Virus record (IMG/VR): IMGVR_UViG_3300021600_000005
Span: 26,169-90,168 of that record
Reading direction: 5' to 3' (one strand)
Length of the DNA stretch: 64,000 nt
From: a virus
Within the stretch, counting starts at the first letter, position 1; the number at the start of each line of letters is the position of its first letter. The notes below the pieces were generated by a model. That model worked only from the letters and a program-made list of their open reading frames with translations, was not told the DNA's origin and did no database searches. Of this stretch, positions 58,287 to 64,000 are shown in pieces. The position numbers and the translations under genes are program-made.

Positions 58287-58961
58287 ATGAAAAACAGATT
58301 AATAATAACCAATGAAGAAAAAAATAGAATTTTATCAATACATAAAATTGCTATTAACGAATCTAACATGTCCAAATTTTTAAAAAAAAGTTTGGTAATT
58401 AAAGAACAAGATTTAGATAATGCTCCAAGTGAAAAAAACCCACCCCCTTCAAAAACTAAGGACAAAATTGATAATGTTAAAAAAAAAGGAAAAGAGATTA
58501 TCGATAAAATTAAAGATGTTAAAGATGAAGTAATTGACGACCCAAATAATAATGGTAGTAAGATATCCAGATGGTGGGAGGGGATTCAAGATGACCCAGA
58601 AAATGATGGTACAGTATTAAACAGAAAAAAAACTCCAGGGCAAACTAAAATAGAAAATGCGTGGCAATCTGTTAAATTATATGCTATTCAAAATAAATTA
58701 AAAAGTCATACAGAAACAACTGGCACTCATGATGATGCTAAAACATATTATGATATTAAAGGGACAAAGTTTTACGAAGACGGTTATAAAATGGGAACAG
58801 ATAAAAAACTTGTTCCGTATTTTGAAGATGATGATGCGTTAACAATTGTTTATCCAGATAACAAATCAGAAACTAAAACAGAAACTAAACCAGTTACAAC
58901 ACCTACTCCAACAGTAATTCAAAAACCAACATACACATCTACTGAAGATAAAGACTTTTAA
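58287..58961 (+). CDS. Hypothetical probable virion protein
   Basis: ITNEEKNRILSIH leader. Confidence 0.65.
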   Translation: MKNRLIITNEEKNRILSIHKIAINESNMSKFLKKSLVIKEQDLDNAPSEKNPPPSKTKDKIDNVKKKGKEIIDKIKDVKDEVIDDPNNNGSKISRWWEGIQDDPENDGTVLNRKKTPGQTKIENAWQSVKLYAIQNKLKSHTETTGTHDDAKTYYDIKGTKFYEDGYKMGTDKKLVPYFEDDDALTIVYPDNKSETKTETKPVTTPTPTVIQKPTYTSTEDKDF

Positions 58962-58972
58962 TACAATATATT

Positions 58973-59779
58973 ATGAAAACAGAAATAGGTAGAATAAAAA
59001 TAAAACAAATATTAAAGTCGTATATTAAAGAAAATAAAACGTCTAATGTTATTTTAGAGCAAAACAATGATACACAATTAGTGAGTAAATTAAAAGGGTT
59101 GATTAAATGTTTTAACTCTACATTAGTACCTACTGTAACTAAGATGGGTGGTGAGGGGGATTATAAATTTGCAATTAGAACAACTGGAAAGTTAGGAGGT
59201 TATCGATATTTTTTTATAAATGGAAAGGCGGCACAACAACCAAAAGATGGAGTTTTAAAATACGTCTCTGATTGGAATCCTAGTGAATGCGCTCCATCAC
59301 AACAATCTGCATCATATACAACACAACAAAAGTCATTTATTGAAAGTTGGAAATCCAAACATCCTGGAGCTAAATTTCAAGATGATTTACGAGGAGAAGA
59401 ACAAAGCTCATATACCGAACAACTAGTTAGTCCAAAATCTGACGGTATATTTACCGAAGATTTATACATGTGGTTACCACCCGCAAATTTAAAATTGGGT
59501 AGTACGATTACCGACGCGTTTAAATTACAGGCGGACGCTCAAACACCAACAGATAATAAAGGTTGTAAAGAGGCAGTTAAAACTTTTTATGACGCATATA
59601 AAAACCAACTTGCAATTGACCCAAGTGTGGTATCATCTTTAAACAAACAAGTTAAAGCATGTAGAACCCGTTACTATCAAAAATGGGGATTTTTACAAGG
59701 AGGAAATAAGTTAGATAAAATGTTAGAAGAGTTAGCTGGAGTAACTTCAACTGAGCCTTGGTATGTAAGTGCTCGTTAA
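58973..59779 (+). CDS. Hypothetical probable virion protein
   Basis: Clean ORF in the operon. Confidence 0.65.
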   Translation: MKTEIGRIKIKQILKSYIKENKTSNVILEQNNDTQLVSKLKGLIKCFNSTLVPTVTKMGGEGDYKFAIRTTGKLGGYRYFFINGKAAQQPKDGVLKYVSDWNPSECAPSQQSASYTTQQKSFIESWKSKHPGAKFQDDLRGEEQSSYTEQLVSPKSDGIFTEDLYMWLPPANLKLGSTITDAFKLQADAQTPTDNKGCKEAVKTFYDAYKNQLAIDPSVVSSLNKQVKACRTRYYQKWGFLQGGNKLDKMLEELAGVTSTEPWYVSAR

Positions 59780-59994
59780 TCGTTATTTTTTTTTGTTAAA
59801 CATCTAAGTGATTTTGATAATATTTCAGCTTCAGCAAAAGTATACATTCCTGTTTTAAGTCCGTAATTAAGAGCTTGTCCAATAATATACATTGCGGTTT
59901 CAGGTGTTAACGTATTAAGAATAACATCAAGATGATTTTCATCTGATAAAGGTATATTATCAAAAAGTTTTCCAAAAATTTTAGTTTCTTCCAT
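59776..59994 (-). CDS. Hypothetical protein
   Basis: Clean ORF. Confidence 0.6.
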   Translation of the reverse strand: MEETKIFGKLFDNIPLSDENHLDVILNTLTPETAMYIIGQALNYGLKTGMYTFAEAEILSKSLRCLTKKNND

Positions 59995-60053
59995 AATATT
60001 AAAGATAAGTTAAAAAAAATTTTAAATCAATTAATAAGATATTTATATTTTAA

Positions 60054-60692
60054 ATGGATAAAAAAACAATAATTGATATTGCTTTTGATAGTATAATTCA
60101 AAGAACAAATTCTATTGATGAAGTTTCAACTATAAATAGGGGGTCTTATAGTCTTCCTTTAACACCAGGTGTTAAGTATTTTAAAAAAAATGAATTAGCT
60201 CCATATGAGATTCAAGTGTCAAAGTATGATAGTGCGGATTTGGCTTTTGATAGTTATGATGGGTCACTTGACGTATCAAAATCTAAAGCGTCCAAAATTG
60301 AAAAAATTTCTAAAAAAATATCAAAATATTTAAAAAACCATCCAAATAATAATGATGATGATGGTGACGTATTAAATCAATCGCCCGGTAAAATCAATGA
60401 AGACTTGGGGGTTTGGTTTGGGACAAAAACTAAACCTAAGGGGAGTTCTGAACCAAAAGGTCCTTGGGTTAACATATGTAAAAAGGTCGACGGAAAACAC
60501 CCTCCTTGTGGACGTAATCAGGCGACTGACAAAGCATATCCTAAATGTAGAGCGTCCGGGGTTGCGGGTAAGATGAGTGATTCACAAAAAAGGTCCGCAT
60601 GTTCACAAAAAAGAAAAGCGGAAAAATCCCATCCTAAAACAGGAACTGGGAATTCTCCTAAAATGGTGTCATATCGGCCAAGAAAAAAATAA
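60054..60692 (+). CDS. Hypothetical protein with a basic Cys-containing C-terminal domain
   Basis: EDLGVWFG..GPWVNIC..PPCGR..YPKCR. Confidence 0.7.
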   Translation: MDKKTIIDIAFDSIIQRTNSIDEVSTINRGSYSLPLTPGVKYFKKNELAPYEIQVSKYDSADLAFDSYDGSLDVSKSKASKIEKISKKISKYLKNHPNNNDDDGDVLNQSPGKINEDLGVWFGTKTKPKGSSEPKGPWVNICKKVDGKHPPCGRNQATDKAYPKCRASGVAGKMSDSQKRSACSQKRKAEKSHPKTGTGNSPKMVSYRPRKK

Positions 60693-60698
60693 CAATAT

Positions 60699-61280
60699 TT
60701 AATGATTATAAGCGTTTACTGCAATTATTCTTTTGGATGGGGGTAAAGGTGTGTTTAACGGAAAATTATGTTTTTTAGTTGAGTCTACGGTGTATTTAAC
60801 ATCATGGTCAAAATTACCGTAAAATTTAGTTAATTTACCAACGTATTTCATGTCATCAGTAACTGCATATAAAAAGTCAATTTGAGTTTCAGTGTTGTCT
60901 TGACTAATAGTTAACCACATCTTTCTAAAGTCACCAGTAGTGTCTCTATCTTCATATATAACATCAACAAGACCATATGTTTGTGGAGTATTAATTTGTA
61001 AAATAGGCGCGGTTTCATCTTGAATTACTTTTTTATTTTCATTAAATAAAAATCTTACTGTTTTATTATTTAAATTAACTATTACTGTTTTTACATATTT
61101 TTTTGGAATAATAATCATTTCTTTTCTTTCTAAATTATCATTATCTAAGGCATTTTCGTAAGTTTTAAATTTGATATCGTAATTATAACATAAAAACGTA
61201 TCAATACTTAACGTATAAATTTGACTTTTGATTAGGTTAGTTCCTAGTAATAGTAATATTGTTAAAATTAAATTTTTCAT
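60699..61280 (-). CDS. Secreted protein with Bacteroidota-style signal peptide
   Basis: MKNLILTILLLLGTNLIKS-Q; TATATTTG upstream. Confidence 0.7.
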   Translation of the reverse strand: MKNLILTILLLLGTNLIKSQIYTLSIDTFLCYNYDIKFKTYENALDNDNLERKEMIIIPKKYVKTVIVNLNNKTVRFLFNENKKVIQDETAPILQINTPQTYGLVDVIYEDRDTTGDFRKMWLTISQDNTETQIDFLYAVTDDMKYVGKLTKFYGNFDHDVKYTVDSTKKHNFPLNTPLPPSKRIIAVNAYNH

Positions 61281-61388
61281 ATGTATTTTTTTTTATTTGG
61301 TTAATAATCAATACAAATATAATAATTATTTTTTTAATCGGATGATTTTTTTAAAAAAATTTATATTTATTAATAAATTATTAATATA

Positions 61389-61793
61389 ATGAAAAAAATT
61401 ATAAAATTAACTGAAAACGATTTAATTAATTTAGTAAAAAAAATTATAAAAGAACAAATTGTTACTCCTAAACCTTATGTTGTTATTGGTGGGGTTACAT
61501 ATAAAAATAAAAAGTTAACAACAAAAAGAAAAGTTGAAAGGTTTTTAGAATATAGTTTTCCTACTGATTTAGGTTTAGATTCTAACTATTTAAAACATAT
61601 TAAACAAACTGATGTTGATAGTATGTTAAATTATGTGGCCAGAACTGGTGGCGATTTTAAGAATTCTAATGGTTATACAAAATTAATAACTTATTTTAAA
61701 GATATTAAAGGTCCTCTTGAAAAATTTAACGAAAAAATATCACAATTTGTTAAGATGCAATATTCAGCCGCTAACTTGACAGTATCAATTTAG
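61389..61793 (+). CDS. Hypothetical protein with IKLTE.DL..LVKKIIKEQ leader
   Basis: Shared leader motif. Confidence 0.7.
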   Translation: MKKIIKLTENDLINLVKKIIKEQIVTPKPYVVIGGVTYKNKKLTTKRKVERFLEYSFPTDLGLDSNYLKHIKQTDVDSMLNYVARTGGDFKNSNGYTKLITYFKDIKGPLEKFNEKISQFVKMQYSAANLTVSI

Positions 61794-61907
61794 ATTTACA
61801 GGAGTGAATCAAAAGGTAATTTTAATAGGAAAAACAACTAATGATTTACTTTTTTTAAAGAATAATTTTATTTGTTTGTTACTGTATAAACGTTCTTGTT
61901 TATAAAA

Positions 61908-62219
61908 TTATTTAATCATTACAGAATCTAAATTATTAGACCGAACACGATTAATAGTTGTATCTGTAATTAATTTTGGTATAGAATCTTGTTTAATTTT
62001 AATTTTTTTAACTGTTTTTTTAACAACTTTAACACTATCAACATTAATTAATGATTTAATTACAGGACTTATTACTTTAACCGTATCAAACACAATTATT
62101 TTTTTTCCATTACTGTTTAATCTCGAATTACTACTACATATTATCACAATAATAAGTAAAAATATAGGGATTATTGTAAATAAAATACCGGTATAAAATA
62201 GTTTATCAAACTTTGTCAT
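61908..62219 (-). CDS. Membrane-anchored hypothetical protein
   Basis: N-terminal TM. Confidence 0.55.
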   Translation of the reverse strand: MTKFDKLFYTGILFTIIPIFLLIIVIICSSNSRLNSNGKKIIVFDTVKVISPVIKSLINVDSVKVVKKTVKKIKIKQDSIPKLITDTTINRVRSNNLDSVMIK

Positions 62220-62634
62220 TGAATAGATTTTGATATATGTTAGTTAATGAATGTTTAACATTAGATTTAATTTCCATTTCCATTTTTTCTCGTCTACGTT
62301 CTACTTCATGGTCAAATATATGGGTTAATTTCTCATAAGGCCTACCCCAAATATCAATATTATAACTGTAGTTATGGTTAACGATTGTCATTTGATTGGG
62401 TTCAATAATAATAAAAATTTGAGTTTCATCGCTTTTAATATATCTTTTTTTTGAAATTGGAGAAATTAATAAACTAGTTGATTCTTTTTCCATTAAATTA
62501 TGACATATTGCAAAACATTCATAATCATACTCACCTCGTTTTTTTAACTCTTTTGGGGTCAGCATTTTATAATACTTAATCGATAAAGATTGTAAAAATC
62601 TTCTAAATTTGTGTTTATTAATATTGGTTTTCAT
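62206..62634 (-). CDS. Hypothetical protein
   Basis: Clean ORF; host-type promoter at 62653-62684. Confidence 0.7.
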   Translation of the reverse strand: MKTNINKHKFRRFLQSLSIKYYKMLTPKELKKRGEYDYECFAICHNLMEKESTSLLISPISKKRYIKSDETQIFIIIEPNQMTIVNHNYSYNIDIWGRPYEKLTHIFDHEVERRREKMEMEIKSNVKHSLTNIYQNLFNDKV

Positions 62635-62696
62635 TTGTAATAGAATATACTACAAATATAAGAAGTTTTTTTGATTAAACCAAAAAATAAATTTTA

Positions 62697-63182
62697 TTAT
62701 TTTTTAACCCAGTTTCCGCCTTTACTATTGTAATGTTTAACTGCGGCTCCATTACAATAAGCACTTGGACAAACTTTGTATCTAGATTTTGCCCAAGCCA
62801 ACGACGCTTTCCATAATTTTTGATTTGTTGCGGTGTTTTTTTTCTTTTTTTCTGTTAATTCTTCTGATTCTCCCATAATATCTTCATGGTGATTCATATC
62901 GTCAGTAAAGTTATTTTCAGTCGATTTGGTTTCATTCATTAAAAAATCAAATACTTGGTCAATAGATTCTTTTGCGGTTGCAATATGGTCTTGAGCCCAA
63001 TCATGTCCATTTTCTAATATATTATGAATTTGTTCTTCATTTTCTTGTAATAAAATTTCGGTTTGTCTATGAATTTGTTCTAAATTTGAAAAAAACATAT
63101 ATCTATCATTGTTTTTTTCATGAGTTTCATTTAATACTTTTTTAACAAGTTTTTTAATAAGTGAATTTTCAAAATTTTTCAT
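62697..63182 (-). CDS. Hypothetical protein
   Basis: GHDWAQDHI module and C-terminal PSAY.NG....Y..KGG.W module. Confidence 0.7.
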   Translation of the reverse strand: MKNFENSLIKKLVKKVLNETHEKNNDRYMFFSNLEQIHRQTEILLQENEEQIHNILENGHDWAQDHIATAKESIDQVFDFLMNETKSTENNFTDDMNHHEDIMGESEELTEKKKKNTATNQKLWKASLAWAKSRYKVCPSAYCNGAAVKHYNSKGGNWVKK

Positions 63183-63203
63183 AATATTAATTAAGGTATT
63201 GGT

Positions 63204-63524
63204 TTAATCTTCAGTTATATCAAATTCATCAATTACTGTTTTGGCGTCAATCATGTTTAATTTTATTAAACGTTTTGTTAATTGAGCTTTTCCCATTTTT
63301 CTAAGATATCTAACAACAATTGGAGGAATATCGTCTTGATATTTACCAAAAAGTTGAGACATAATTTCACTTTCTTTAGGTAATGGTTCAAAATCGGCTT
63401 TTGACCTTGCGGCTCTCATTCCAGATTTACCTTTTTCGTAATTAGGAGTTTCTTCAGTTTCGTTAATTATTTTTTGAACTAATTTTGTTAAATCCGTTTC
63501 TGTTAATCTAATCGTTTTTTTCAT
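63204..63524 (-). CDS. Hypothetical protein with IRLTETDL..LV.KIINE leader
   Basis: Shared leader motif. Confidence 0.7.
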   Translation of the reverse strand: MKKTIRLTETDLTKLVQKIINETEETPNYEKGKSGMRAARSKADFEPLPKESEIMSQLFGKYQDDIPPIVVRYLRKMGKAQLTKRLIKLNMIDAKTVIDEFDITED

Positions 63525-63538
63525 TTTATTTTAAATAT

Positions 63539-64000
63539 TTAACCGTTTAATCCGTTTCCGCCAATAACGACAGCATTTAATTGTACCACCGCTTTACCAA
63601 GTTCGTTTGTGTAAATAGGTGATGGTGCGTAAACTTTACTTGCAGTGTTTCCAGTGTAAGTATCTTGATTACAAAAAATTGAACCGTTTTGTGATGTATC
63701 TGCACTTAATGGGGTGTAACATTCAGTACAACTATTATAAGGACCATATGAAAACGACATTGTTGCTGATTGTGTGGTACGAGCCCCAGTATTTAATGTT
63801 ACACAAATTCCGTTACTTAGTTGATAAACTTTTGTATCTGTTATCTCTCGACTATCAATAACATAATTTATGACTTCACCATGACATGTTGTAGCAGTAA
63901 CTAACACGTTATATAATGGTGTTGCTGATGGAGTAGGTGTTGGAGTATGAGTTGGAGTAACAGAAATAGTTGGAGTTATTGTTGGAGTTGTAGTTTTTGT
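63539..64000 (-). CDS. Pro/Thr-repeat, Cys-rich probable virion surface protein, 5'-truncated by the window edge
   Basis: Frame is open to 64000 (TKTTTPTITPTISVTPTHTPTPTPSATPL...). Confidence 0.7.
   Translation of the reverse strand, partial: TKTTTPTITPTISVTPTHTPTPTPSATPLYNVLVTATTCHGEVINYVIDSREITDTKVYQLSNGICVTLNTGARTTQSATMSFSYGPYNSCTECYTPLSADTSQNGSIFCNQDTYTGNTASKVYAPSPIYTNELGKAVVQLNAVVIGGNGLNG

Overview
This is an AT-rich (roughly 27-30% GC, estimated by eye) segment of a large T4-like (jumbo/huge) tailed phage. The host is most likely Bacteroidota, based on TTTG-N19/20-TAnnTTTG promoters, no obvious Shine-Dalgarno sites and a phage-encoded bS21. The right half holds the head module (terminase, portal, antisense bS21, prohead protease, scaffold, major capsid protein, free-standing endonuclease) and many probable virion or ejected proteins. 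The left half is accessory: GH19 endolysin, a DNA methyltransferase beside an attC-like hairpin, ThyA, a sugar-modification cluster and DnaK. The middle is rich in RNA genes: tRNA-Arg(UCU), a tRNA-like element, a ~860-nt GOLLD-like giant RNA behind four tandem host promoters and a boxA-like site, and tmRNA, followed by ClpC and a peptidase. The most unusual feature is a family of five paralogous ~100-aa genes (MKINITKTQRARLVKDW...). The 3' end of each overlaps a 36-nt repeat / unique ~30-nt spacer / 36-nt repeat unit. The repeat (e.g. GTTGGACGAGACATTAAATTTGAAGGGATATACAAC) resembles Bacteroidota type VI-B CRISPR repeats, yet no cas gene is present in the window. This is a candidate undescribed small-protein plus embedded-guide (mini-array) system. 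All family assignments come from motif recognition and recall; no searches were run.
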